Positions 51,383 to 60,935 of a stretch of 64,000 bases of DNA are shown piece after piece; position 1 is the first letter of the stretch, and each line of letters begins with the position of its first letter. Source of the stretch: a virus (taxonomy: Duplodnaviria > Heunggongvirae > Uroviricota > Caudoviricetes); IMG/VR virus record IMGVR_UViG_3300021979_000001, positions 290,948-354,947 of that record. The stretch is one strand, 5' to 3'. The notes beneath the pieces are model-generated. The model was not told the DNA's origin and made no database searches. It saw nothing but the letters and a program-made list of their open reading frames with translations. Both the position numbers and the translations under genes were made by a program.

Positions 51383-52486
51383 CTATTTATCACTTATTAT
51401 TTTTCTAATCCCATAGCCATAATTATTGCCACCGGAAACATATAACCAATCATTATCGGTTCCGATTTGCGTCCAGACTGATTTATTTCCAGTTCCACCT
51501 ATTTGATTATAGTAATTATTACCAATGCCCCAAACGGTTCCCTCGGATTTAATTGCATACCCATGATTACTACCACTCGAAACCGATAACCAATCATTGT
51601 TGGCTCCGATTTGCGTCCAGACTGATTTATTTCCAGTTCCACCTATTTGTTTAGCAGCATTATACCCAATACCCCAAATAGTCCCATCAGATTTAATTGC
51701 ATAACCATGATTGTAACCACTTGATACCGACACCCAATCTGTATCGGTTCCGATTTTTGTCCAGGATGATTTATCCCCAGTCCCACCTAGTTGACCATAA
51801 TTATTGTAACCAATTCCCCAAATGGTTCCGTCTGACTTAACTGCATAGCCGTGCATATACCCGCTTGAAACAGATACCCAGGTATCAACTGTTCCAATTT
51901 CTGTCCATGACGATTTATTGCCGGAACTACCTATCTGACCATAATAATTGTAACCTATGCCCCATATTGTCCCATTGGTTTTGATTGCATAACCATGAGC
52001 ATAACCACCCGAAACCGATACCCAATCGGCATCTGTCCCGATTTTTGTCCAGGATGATTTGTCACCAGAACCGCCTATCTGACCAAAAGTATTGTAACCA
52101 ATTCCCCAAATAGTGCCATCAGACTTAATTGCATACCCATGATTGCCACCGGCAGAAACCGATGTCCAATCATTATCGGTTCCAATTTTGGTCCAGGATG
52201 ATTTGTCACCAGAACCGCCCATTTGCCCATATCTATCAGAACCAACACCCCATATGGTCCCATCGGACTTGATTGCATAGCCATAGTTGCTACCGGCAGA
52301 AACTATTAACCAATCATTATCTGATCCAATTCGGGTCCAGGATGAAACATTATAATCGGCATAACCGATCTGACCGGAATCATTAAAACCAATGCCGTAT
52401 ATAGGATACCGTATCGTTTCAAAATTACTTTTTCTAATGGTAAGATTTAAAAAATGTTTCAGATTGTTTTTTATAACTGCGCCCAT
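51383..52486 (-). CDS. RCC1-repeat beta-propeller protein (tandem duplicate)
   Basis: same repeat and length (367 aa); duplicated upstream region with ATAAATA at 52520-52526(-). Confidence 0.9.
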   Translation of the reverse strand: MGAVIKNNLKHFLNLTIRKSNFETIRYPIYGIGFNDSGQIGYADYNVSSWTRIGSDNDWLIVSAGSNYGYAIKSDGTIWGVGSDRYGQMGGSGDKSSWTKIGTDNDWTSVSAGGNHGYAIKSDGTIWGIGYNTFGQIGGSGDKSSWTKIGTDADWVSVSGGYAHGYAIKTNGTIWGIGYNYYGQIGSSGNKSSWTEIGTVDTWVSVSSGYMHGYAVKSDGTIWGIGYNNYGQLGGTGDKSSWTKIGTDTDWVSVSSGYNHGYAIKSDGTIWGIGYNAAKQIGGTGNKSVWTQIGANNDWLSVSSGSNHGYAIKSEGTVWGIGNNYYNQIGGTGNKSVWTQIGTDNDWLYVSGGNNYGYGIRKIISDK

Positions 52487-52549
52487 AATAGTTCTATACC
52501 CAATACAAGTGTTTGGTCCTATTTATTCACTCATTTATGAATAATTAAG

Positions 52550-53071
52550 TTATCTATCTTCTTGTTGAGGATAGTAATAGGAAGGTGTAACTGAAAATGG
52601 AATAATAATTTCGATCCTGGGAAAAATCAGTCCAATGACATCATAATATGATTCCATTTCAGTGTGGTGTGCAAACCAGATAGCCGCTGATTTAACCATG
52701 CCGTCATGACCAACAGTTGGGTCCATCCATTTCTTCTTATCGACGACATCAAATACACATTTCTCAATTTCATCATCCGTCAAATGAAAATAATAGGTGA
52801 ACCCCATATATTCATCTTTGTCAAACATCATTCCTTTATACGATGCATACAAAAAACTTATTTCATCAGAGGTTCCCAATAAATCATGGTAAATTTGTTC
52901 GGTTTTCTTTCGATCAGAAACATAATCAGGATCGATTGATAATTCTTCTTTTCTCGTTTTTTCCAACATGTCGTAAGATAATGGGCGCAATACTTTTAAA
53001 TTTTTGGGACTTTGATGTTGAAACCATCCGCCTGATGGCGCGTGGTCAATTTTTATTGGGGGCCTGGACAT
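52550..53071 (-). CDS. hypothetical late protein
   Basis: 173 aa; ATAAATA at 53101-53107(-). Confidence 0.6.
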   Translation of the reverse strand: MSRPPIKIDHAPSGGWFQHQSPKNLKVLRPLSYDMLEKTRKEELSIDPDYVSDRKKTEQIYHDLLGTSDEISFLYASYKGMMFDKDEYMGFTYYFHLTDDEIEKCVFDVVDKKKWMDPTVGHDGMVKSAAIWFAHHTEMESYYDVIGLIFPRIEIIIPFSVTPSYYYPQQEDR

Positions 53072-53233
53072 GATAAATACCTACATAATCATCGATTGAA
53101 TATTTATGTTTAAACAAAAAAAAATACCCGCACCATAATTAAATGATGCGGGTTAGTTATTATTAAAGGATAGATAACTAAGTTAATGGTTTTTGATTTA
53201 AATGTCAATGATAATTATTGGAGACAGTCCGTT

Positions 53234-53605
53234 TTATGACAATATTCGATAAATCATAATATTATTTTTATTTCTATTATCTTTATAAACATCCCATGAA
53301 AAATGACCTGCTTTATTCCGTTCTATGGTATAACCATCATTGTTCAACTGGACTTCCACCATAACGTCTTCATCCACCGGACATTTACCACCGCCCCAAA
53401 CAATCCATTTCGGATTTAACGCGGCGTGGGTCTGGACTTCCCGACTAATAATACAACTTAGTTCTGCAATCATTGTAGAACTGACGATAATATTTTCATC
53501 GTTTTGTCTGATAGACAAAACACCGTCATGATTAATTGCAAGAACCACACTGCGGTTGCTGTTAGTGTTATCCACAATTTCGTATGTGGTCGTTATTTTA
53601 ATCAT
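53234..53605 (-). CDS. hypothetical protein (W.GG.CPV domain)
   Basis: WIVWGGGKCPVDEDVMVEV...W...IMIYRI; GAGG RBS. Confidence 0.65.
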   Translation of the reverse strand: MIKITTTYEIVDNTNSNRSVVLAINHDGVLSIRQNDENIIVSSTMIAELSCIISREVQTHAALNPKWIVWGGGKCPVDEDVMVEVQLNNDGYTIERNKAGHFSWDVYKDNRNKNNIMIYRILS

Positions 53606-53633
53606 GTATACCTCATAAATGGATCGGGTGTTG

Positions 53634-54623
53634 TTATATCATCCCAATCAGTTGTTTTACATCAGCCAATGTTTTATTGGCGATAGTTGCGGCCCGCTCC
53701 GAACCATGGGCTAAAATCTGGGAAACCCATTCCTGATCATTATCCAGACGTTTTTTATTAGCCTGGATTGGGGCAAGATGTTCAACTAATGAATCGGTTA
53801 GGTCTTTTTTAAAAGTGGAGAACATTTTCCCACTGTATTCGACTAACACGGTTTCCATATTGGTGCCGGTGATAGCAGCATACATTGCAACCAGATTTTT
53901 CGCTTCTGGGCGTCCTTCCAGGCCATCCAGGTGACTTGGTATCGGGTGCGCGTCGGTCTTCGCCTTGCGGATTTTAACAGCAATAGTATCGGCATCGTCA
54001 AACAGGTTAATACGAGACCGGTCATTAGGTGCAGATTTTGACATTTTCTTGGTGCCATCGATTAATGATTTCACCGAGGTCATATTTCCTAATACCGGGT
54101 TTGGTAATTTGAAATAGGATGTCTGGTATTCATTATTGAACCGAGACACAATATCTCGGGTCAATTCGATGTGCTGGGTCTGGTCGCTACCAACCGGAAC
54201 GTGTGTTGCATTGTAAAGTAAAATATCCGCTGCCATCAAACTAGGATAAGCATAAAGGCCAAGCGATGCATTTTCACGATGTTTACCCGATTTGTCTTTG
54301 AATTGCGTCATACGGTTCAACCAACCGATACGGGCAACACAGTTAAATATCCACGCCAGTTCGGCATGAGCGGAAACCTGGCTTTGGTTAAACAGAATGT
54401 GTTTTACCGGATCAATGCCCGACGCAATCAGGGTGGTTGCAAGTTCCCGAATATTTGTGCGCAATTCGGATGGTTTCTGCGATATGGTAATAGCATGCAT
54501 ATCCACTACGCAGAAGATACACTCGTTATTACTTTGTAAGTCAATCCAGTTACGGATTGCACCAAGATAATTACCAAGATGAATATTGCCGGTAGGCTGA
54601 ATACCGGAAAAAATACGGTTCAT
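53634..54623 (-). CDS. trpS: tryptophanyl-tRNA synthetase
   Basis: [15 protein letters not shown] (HIGH), [33 protein letters not shown]. Confidence 0.96.
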   Translation of the reverse strand: MNRIFSGIQPTGNIHLGNYLGAIRNWIDLQSNNECIFCVVDMHAITISQKPSELRTNIRELATTLIASGIDPVKHILFNQSQVSAHAELAWIFNCVARIGWLNRMTQFKDKSGKHRENASLGLYAYPSLMAADILLYNATHVPVGSDQTQHIELTRDIVSRFNNEYQTSYFKLPNPVLGNMTSVKSLIDGTKKMSKSAPNDRSRINLFDDADTIAVKIRKAKTDAHPIPSHLDGLEGRPEAKNLVAMYAAITGTNMETVLVEYSGKMFSTFKKDLTDSLVEHLAPIQANKKRLDNDQEWVSQILAHGSERAATIANKTLADVKQLIGMI

Positions 54624-54654
54624 GATCTTTTCTTTTCAATCAGACAACGTGCAA

Positions 54655-55212
54655 TTAAATGCGACCCAAGATTTGGTTAATAACGTCAATATTTGTTTGA
54701 CGTTTGTATTTCCAGCATACTGCGGCAAAATCGCGAACTGCCGATGGGTTGTCAATGTTTCCATCAAAAACACACCCATCAGGAATAAACCGGTTCAGAT
54801 TTTTAACAATATCTGATCGATAAAAACTGACCATGTAGTGATTTGGGTTGGTGGTTTTCCATACCGCACCATTCATTTTGGTGCATTTTGCATCGTTCTG
54901 TAGAATATCCAACGAAGTTTGGTAAAACCACCGGGCCTGTTCATGTAGAAATGTGGGGGCATGGGGCCAATCGTCTGACCAAACAAGCCCATTACCAACA
55001 TTGAAATCGTGTTGCGGATATGTTTTCCAGTCAAACTTTGGAAAATGTGTGTCTGGTAACATACCCGCATCATCGATTGCGTCTTCTAAAGAATAAAATG
55101 TCAAAATATGTTCCAGTTCCGAGAAGAATTTTCCAAACGAAATTTTTGACATGATATTCCCAACAAAAATGGGGTGAATAATCGGTATCGACCCGATCAC
55201 ATCCTGACTCAC
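54655..55212 (-). CDS. hypothetical protein
   Basis: 185-aa ORF upstream of trpS. Confidence 0.55.
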   Translation of the reverse strand: MSQDVIGSIPIIHPIFVGNIMSKISFGKFFSELEHILTFYSLEDAIDDAGMLPDTHFPKFDWKTYPQHDFNVGNGLVWSDDWPHAPTFLHEQARWFYQTSLDILQNDAKCTKMNGAVWKTTNPNHYMVSFYRSDIVKNLNRFIPDGCVFDGNIDNPSAVRDFAAVCWKYKRQTNIDVINQILGRI

Positions 55213-55250
55213 AATCAGGCGGGTTCACCTGCTCCCTCTATTCACCATAA

Positions 55251-55326
55251 TGGTGGCCCCAACAGGACTCGAACCTGTAACCAGACCGTTATGAGCGGTC
55301 GGCTCTACCAATTGAGCTATAAGGCC
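55251..55326 (-). tRNA. tRNA-CAT, probably Ile2 (lysidine type)
   Basis: GGCCTTA/TGGGGCC acceptor, GACCG-CTCATAA-CGGTC arm, CCA; sequence resembles proteobacterial Ile2 rather than initiator tRNA. Confidence 0.9.
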
Positions 55327-55342
55327 ATATTTAACAACGTCA

Positions 55343-55371
55343 ATAATAGTATGTCATGCGTTGATCGTCAA
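55343..55371 (-). promoter_or_regulatory. sigma70-like promoter for tRNA-CAT
   Basis: TTGACG-17 nt-TATTAT. Confidence 0.6.
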
Positions 55372-55484
55372 TAATATTTATGACATTTTTAAAATTTATT
55401 TCATAACAGTAATATTGGTTTTATTATACCAAATACTATATTACGGTCACATTATATACAACAAAACGATTGCGGCAAATTAAG

Positions 55485-55646
55485 TGGTGCGGGTAGGTGA
55501 CCTCTGCGGCAATAGTCTAGATATAACGTGCGAACCGCAATACACCATTCTGTGGCAGCGTCGATCATCTTAAAACGTTACACCTACGTTATTGCCCAAG
55601 GCGTTTGGCGTTTGCGCATCAACACCAACTTTCGCCTACCGCACCA
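55485..55646 (-). ncRNA. candidate ~160-nt structured RNA, unassigned
   Basis: terminal stem TGGTGCGGTAGGCGA/TCACCTACCCGCACCA; 12-bp helix TAGGTGTAACGT/ACGTTATATCTA; G-U pairs favour the minus strand. Confidence 0.55.
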
Positions 55647-55768
55647 ATCAATACCCAGCTAGATACTGATTGCTACGGTAAGTTTAGGATGAAACAAGTT
55701 TTAACATCATTTCATCCTAATAACAGATCACAGTTTGTAAAAATGCTGACATCTATATCAACAAATAT

Positions 55769-56074
55769 TCATCCAGTCATGACTGAAAGATCATCCGGTT
55801 TGACAATAATATACAATAAATTATCCAGAATATCGTTCCCTGTTTCATTGACCAGGCGAACTAATACTGTATTTTTATCGCCATCATATGCGACAACCCG
55901 AACCGGGGTTCCTTTCTGTAATAACTCACCTTCATAATCATGATTTCTGGCAATCATGAATTTAGTGTTTTTTGGAAAGCGGCGTTTTAGCTTTTCGGCA
56001 CGTCTATATGCTTTAATCGCTTTAATCGCGTTCATTAACATAATAATAATATTCCTTAAATAAATTAGGAACAA
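55769..56074 (-). CDS. hypothetical protein
   Basis: short ORF; true start probably internal (MLMNAIKA) after AAGGA. Confidence 0.55.
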   Translation of the reverse strand: MFLIYLRNIIIMLMNAIKAIKAYRRAEKLKRRFPKNTKFMIARNHDYEGELLQKGTPVRVVAYDGDKNTVLVRLVNETGNDILDNLLYIIVKPDDLSVMTG

Positions 56075-56158
56075 AATACCACAATTAATAAAATAATGTC
56101 AACTATAATATTATGAAATGGCATCGGGTTTTATCTCACCATCACACGATATTACGCC

Positions 56159-56644
56159 TTATTTTTCGGTAATTCCAAATGAGTTAAACGCATATTCGAT
56201 TTTATTTGCACCTGGGCGGTTGATGTTCAACAGAACCGTTTCGCCCAAACAATACATACCATCATGTAGCGTGAACCGCATCGGATAAATCATACCATCG
56301 ACGACGATTGGCCCAAAATTAATTTCATGTTCAGCCGGAACGATGACGGTTGACTGAATTAATTTGGTGCGGGTCTGTTTTCGTTTTTTGATGTAACTGG
56401 TTGATGGAAGTGAAAAAGTTAAACCGCTTTTTATCTGGCGTTTATTCCAAGTCTCAACGGCATCACGATCCGGGGAGTGTGAACCCAACGACGTAGTTCC
56501 ACCCCGTGTCCAATGGAACAGCATAAAACCCATACCTTCGCACCCGCATTCGCATGCAACGCGATAATGTGATATATTATTTTCTGCCCGAAAGGTGAGT
56601 GCTGGTTCGCCACCACACATCGGGCAAGAATTTAAACTTACCAT
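56159..56644 (-). CDS. Lar-like (restriction alleviation) zinc-ribbon protein
   Basis: LNSCPMCGGEP...VACECG...AVETWNKR. Confidence 0.7.
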   Translation of the reverse strand: MVSLNSCPMCGGEPALTFRAENNISHYRVACECGCEGMGFMLFHWTRGGTTSLGSHSPDRDAVETWNKRQIKSGLTFSLPSTSYIKKRKQTRTKLIQSTVIVPAEHEINFGPIVVDGMIYPMRFTLHDGMYCLGETVLLNINRPGANKIEYAFNSFGITEK

Positions 56645-56693
56645 TAATCGGACCCCCCAATTAAATAATCACATTTTGTAAACTTGAAATCAG

Positions 56694-56876
56694 TTATCCT
56701 TGATAGGACATCTGTAACGAACCACCGCATTTTGTGGATTTGCACACCGTCATTTTGGATTTACGCACTATCGTTTTCCCGGTGTAATCGTCGCGATCCC
56801 GGTGGATGATCGTCTTTTCTTCGAACCCATGTTCCGGGTCGGTATCCCCACAATATCGGCATTTAGGTTGTAACAT
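56694..56876 (-). CDS. small zinc-binding protein
   Basis: MLQPKCRYCG...VCKSTKCGG. Confidence 0.55.
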   Translation of the reverse strand: MLQPKCRYCGDTDPEHGFEEKTIIHRDRDDYTGKTIVRKSKMTVCKSTKCGGSLQMSYQG

Positions 56877-57148
56877 TGCATGTTTACCGTTATTAAAAAT
56901 GATAAAACAAAGAAAGAGAATATGATTTCTCATAAAGGGATGCATAATCAAAACAAATGCAATCAACAACTAATACATACGACAATGAACAGTTTTCGCC
57001 GCTCTTTCCCGGAACAAATACAAATCAAAACCGGGATACATGTGCATGTCAATGACTGACTGAATATGTTGCAGCATCACATTATAATAATTTCATATCC
57101 TCTTTCTCGAATGGATGTTAAAAACACCCAATGTCGTGACAATACGCA

Positions 57149-57733
57149 TTATCGTAACTGTTGTCTACTGTTTTTTTTCAGCCCTGGCTTAATCCAATGC
57201 AGTTCTGGATGTTCACCGGTAAAGTTTTTATCCCATACTATCCACACATAGGTGGTTGTCCCACCACCTTTAACTTGACTACCGGCTGGATACAAAGACA
57301 ACCGTTCAGAAAACAGATAAACTCGCGATGGTGGTATTACTGAATAAACAGTATTATACCGCGTGATGCTTTCCAAAAATGATGCCCTAACCAAAATACA
57401 AACTTTTTGAGTAGCCAATTGAATCGCATGTGTCAAAATATCATTTGCAATGTTATATGGCGGATTTGTTATAATATTATCGTATGGTGCATTTATGTCG
57501 AAAAAATCGACAACATCACCGTAACCCCAATCATTTATATCCGATGATATTACTTTACAATTAGTTTCTTTCAAAACTTTGGACATATCGCCCGTTCCGC
57601 AACACGGTTCGAGGATAGTTCCGGTAAAATTTTCGTTTTGAAGTAATGCCAATGTTCCCCATCTTGGGGTGGGATAAAAATCTGGCCCGGACGCATCAAC
57701 CAGGCGTTTGTTCGTTATCATACAAATACTCAT
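57149..57733 (-). CDS. phage N6-adenine DNA methyltransferase-like protein
   Basis: DFYPTP, ILEPCCGTG (motif I), IITNPPY (motif IV), Y.W.VW. Confidence 0.88.
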   Translation of the reverse strand: MSICMITNKRLVDASGPDFYPTPRWGTLALLQNENFTGTILEPCCGTGDMSKVLKETNCKVISSDINDWGYGDVVDFFDINAPYDNIITNPPYNIANDILTHAIQLATQKVCILVRASFLESITRYNTVYSVIPPSRVYLFSERLSLYPAGSQVKGGGTTTYVWIVWDKNFTGEHPELHWIKPGLKKNSRQQLR

Positions 57734-57801
57734 AAAAAAAGACGCAACTATTTATGTTGCATCTTTTTTAATATTTAAATACGGAGTATTTGATTGGTGA
57801 T

Positions 57802-58407
57802 TTACATAACACCCATATTACGTAATACCAGTTCTTGGTCGTCGGATATTTCGATATGCTGGGTGATGTTCAATTCGCTCAACTGTTCATTGAGTGTTCG
57901 ACGCTTTGCTTTGAACCCGGCAATCTGCTCGTCTAATGCGTCCTGTTCCTCGGGCGTCATCAGATTGATCGTCACATATGAGGTGTGACTGTTACCAGCT
58001 TTCATCATCTGATTTGCTGCGGTAACATCATCAATCAAATACTGAATGCTATTGTTTTTGTTTTCCAACCAGTTATCGAAATTGTAATTTATTGTATTCC
58101 CTGACAAAAGTTCGATGCAGCGCGACAGTTCCGCCATGTCTGTCATGATGGTATTGATACCAGATGTATGATTGGCATGACCGATCTGCTTGCGAATATT
58201 ATACATCAGTTGAACAATATTCACCAAATCTTCGGTTTTATCGTGCATGGTATTGACAGCATCGTCCAGTCGTCGAGTCAAATTTTCTTCGATTTTACTG
58301 TCCTCACCACCAAGTGTATATCGGATTGTGCGGTCAATCGTCATTTTGTTGATGATTTCTTGCAGGTCCACGACAAGCATGGATGCGCGTTTGATTGAAA
58401 CTTTCAT
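57802..58407 (-). CDS. conserved coiled-coil phage protein
   Basis: 201 aa, helical; AGGA RBS. Confidence 0.65.
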   Translation of the reverse strand: MKVSIKRASMLVVDLQEIINKMTIDRTIRYTLGGEDSKIEENLTRRLDDAVNTMHDKTEDLVNIVQLMYNIRKQIGHANHTSGINTIMTDMAELSRCIELLSGNTINYNFDNWLENKNNSIQYLIDDVTAANQMMKAGNSHTSYVTINLMTPEEQDALDEQIAGFKAKRRTLNEQLSELNITQHIEISDDQELVLRNMGVM

Positions 58408-58515
58408 GATTTTCCTAATATTTGATAAAGTATGGCCCGTGCCCGTTAATGCACGATGCCAAAAAACATTCAGCGGAACTGGTATGTTAATTAATATGCC
58501 AGTGATATGTCAATA

Positions 58516-59661
58516 TTAATTATTTGCCAACTTTAATTTTGCAAGAACCATTTGCGCATGGTCACGAAAAAGCAGAACTACCTTTTGTATATTATGATTA
58601 TTATGTTTAATGGATGAACATAGTATAATCATATCTACTTTTTTTAATTCATATGGAAAGGTTGGTTTTCGACAAAACGTCGTATATTGTCGAGCATAAA
58701 TACCAAATTTCGATGAAATTATTTTAAAATCAAAATCGAACAGGTCTGTTATATAGTCGCGAGTTTTATCGGCAAGGATTGGTGTGATCATTATTGGAAC
58801 ATTAATGTTATGTCCTATGCTATTGCCAAATCGTTCATAATTAATAAATGGCGACATATCTACATCGTAACCAAAATCGGTGTCGCACCGGTATGGAAAA
58901 TCATTATTAACTTCATCCAACGATGCTATGGGCAGCAATTCACGCTTTAATATATCGTATACATGCTGATGCTGACAAAAAAGTTTGCCTTCTGTAAATA
59001 CCACACGTTCATTCTGTATTCCATATTCTTGCATAATTGCACGAATATGGGCCTTCCCGGTGATCATGCTGTATCGGGCATCAAAAACAGGAATATTTAA
59101 GAAACCATAAAAATCCGATAAATCGGAAACGCGCATAAATTCAGGGTTATGGCGATCAATACAAATAAGCCCAGGTGTGTTTTTCAAATCCTTAACATCA
59201 TTGTCCCGAGGGAAACAATCATAGTTTAAGAACTTGGTGTTATAAACCTTGATGCCAGACGGAATAACGTTTGGATCATTAATAAAAGCCCATTGAACGT
59301 TGTCATCTGACTGGGAACAATACCACATCAGAAATGAAATAATAGAATTGTTACTATCATTAAATGGTATATTATAAAATTCGGTATCTTTAATGTTGGT
59401 ATGCATAGATAGCATATCAACTATAAAGGAAACATTTCTTGTCGAATATTTAGATTGAATTTCAATTTTGGTTTTTTCCCGCGTTTTGACATACAGATCG
59501 TTAATATCAGGATGATTACAAGCAATATGGATTACACCACATAAAGTTGGGTCCATCTGCCCATGATCGGAAAAATGATAAATGAATGGCAACTGACTAC
59601 GAACAGTATCGTAAGCATGATATTTGACTGGGTAAGGATGTTTTCGATTGTTGAACATCAA
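58516..59661 (-). CDS. expanded paralog family protein (TNIK.T.F/F.MW subgroup)
   Basis: 381 aa; TNIKDTEF, FLMWYCSQ, RVSDLSDFY; ends LLFRDHAQMVLAKL. Confidence 0.8.
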   Translation of the reverse strand: MMFNNRKHPYPVKYHAYDTVRSQLPFIYHFSDHGQMDPTLCGVIHIACNHPDINDLYVKTREKTKIEIQSKYSTRNVSFIVDMLSMHTNIKDTEFYNIPFNDSNNSIISFLMWYCSQSDDNVQWAFINDPNVIPSGIKVYNTKFLNYDCFPRDNDVKDLKNTPGLICIDRHNPEFMRVSDLSDFYGFLNIPVFDARYSMITGKAHIRAIMQEYGIQNERVVFTEGKLFCQHQHVYDILKRELLPIASLDEVNNDFPYRCDTDFGYDVDMSPFINYERFGNSIGHNINVPIMITPILADKTRDYITDLFDFDFKIISSKFGIYARQYTTFCRKPTFPYELKKVDMIILCSSIKHNNHNIQKVVLLFRDHAQMVLAKLKLANN

Positions 59662-59798
59662 TTCATATCCACGATATTTATATGCTGTTTAAAGGCCATT
59701 TAACGCATCATAGAGGCGGTCTAAGTTAACAGGCAGCGTTACCCCAAATTATTATTAACGGCTAATACCTGGCCGCAAAACACCCCCTACGCTGAACA

Positions 59799-60935
59799 TT
59801 AATCTGAATTAAAATCAACATGTAGTTTAGCAAGGACCAGTTGAGATTCATCTTTAAACAATAAATAACGCATCCCTGCCTTAATTAAATACATTTCGAT
59901 CATGTCCACCGATTGTAATTGGTGTAAAAACACCGGTTTTTTATAAAATACGGTTAGACCTCGTGATATTGGATCATCAATAGGAATAAATAGTGTGTTC
60001 AACCCAAGATTATTTTGCAAAAGCGAGTGATATTTAATGTCTCCCGATTCAAGCAAATATGGACTGGGTGCCAACTTCCCAAACGTTGCAAACGTTTCAC
60101 TTTGTGAAATCGCAATGATTTCTGGATAGTCATACTGATTATAGTTAGTCCGATATTTGATATGATATGGAAATAGTGCCGATACATCGTCTACTGAACT
60201 TATCGGTGTTAGTGTTTTCTTGAAAAAATCATAAACATGCTTTTTTTCACAGTATAATTCTAATCCTGTAAATACAAGACGTTCGTTGATCATATCATTG
60301 TCACGCAGAAATTTTGCAATCATGTGTGCCGCAGTTGACAGATTGTCTTCGGCATCAATCCAGGGCAGGGAAATGCTATTATAAAATTCCGACAAATCCG
60401 ACACCCGCTTGCGAGGGTTATGTTTTGGATCAATAACGACGAACCCAGGAGTATCGGCATAATCTTGAATGTCATTATTATGCTTATATTCGGAATCGGA
60501 ATAAAATAAAAAATAAGATATGTCAATCTTACCAGTGATATTATCGTCAATATTATCCGGGTATTTGTTACATATATACCACTGTAGGTTATCAAATGAT
60601 TGTGCGCATAGCCACATCATAAATGGAATACAATTGTCAGTTGCGATACCATTTAATGAATCACCGTGAAATACGGTCTGTTTTATATTCGTCGTTAGTG
60701 ATAATACATCTTTGTTAAACATATGGAAATGGAACGATGTTGATTGGATTTCAACCTTTGTTTTTATCTTTGACTGCACATACAGGTTATGTAGGTTATG
60801 GTGATTGCACACTATATACACGGTTTCGATCATAGAATTACCGTAAACTTTGTATATATACTTGGATAATGCGGAATCATCATACGGGCTGTAAATAGCC
60901 GGGTATGGCGTTGTCTTGTTATTATATTTGATCAT
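59799..60935 (-). CDS. expanded paralog family protein
   Basis: 378 aa; close paralog of 58516; ends LLFKDESQLVLAKL. Confidence 0.8.
   Translation of the reverse strand: MIKYNNKTTPYPAIYSPYDDSALSKYIYKVYGNSMIETVYIVCNHHNLHNLYVQSKIKTKVEIQSTSFHFHMFNKDVLSLTTNIKQTVFHGDSLNGIATDNCIPFMMWLCAQSFDNLQWYICNKYPDNIDDNITGKIDISYFLFYSDSEYKHNNDIQDYADTPGFVVIDPKHNPRKRVSDLSEFYNSISLPWIDAEDNLSTAAHMIAKFLRDNDMINERLVFTGLELYCEKKHVYDFFKKTLTPISSVDDVSALFPYHIKYRTNYNQYDYPEIIAISQSETFATFGKLAPSPYLLESGDIKYHSLLQNNLGLNTLFIPIDDPISRGLTVFYKKPVFLHQLQSVDMIEMYLIKAGMRYLLFKDESQLVLAKLHVDFNSD

Noticed and set aside
50247-52486. Regular ~144-bp DNA repeats as a CRISPR array
   Set aside because: The repeats are in-frame RCC1 blades inside two ORFs; there are no unique spacers and no cas genes
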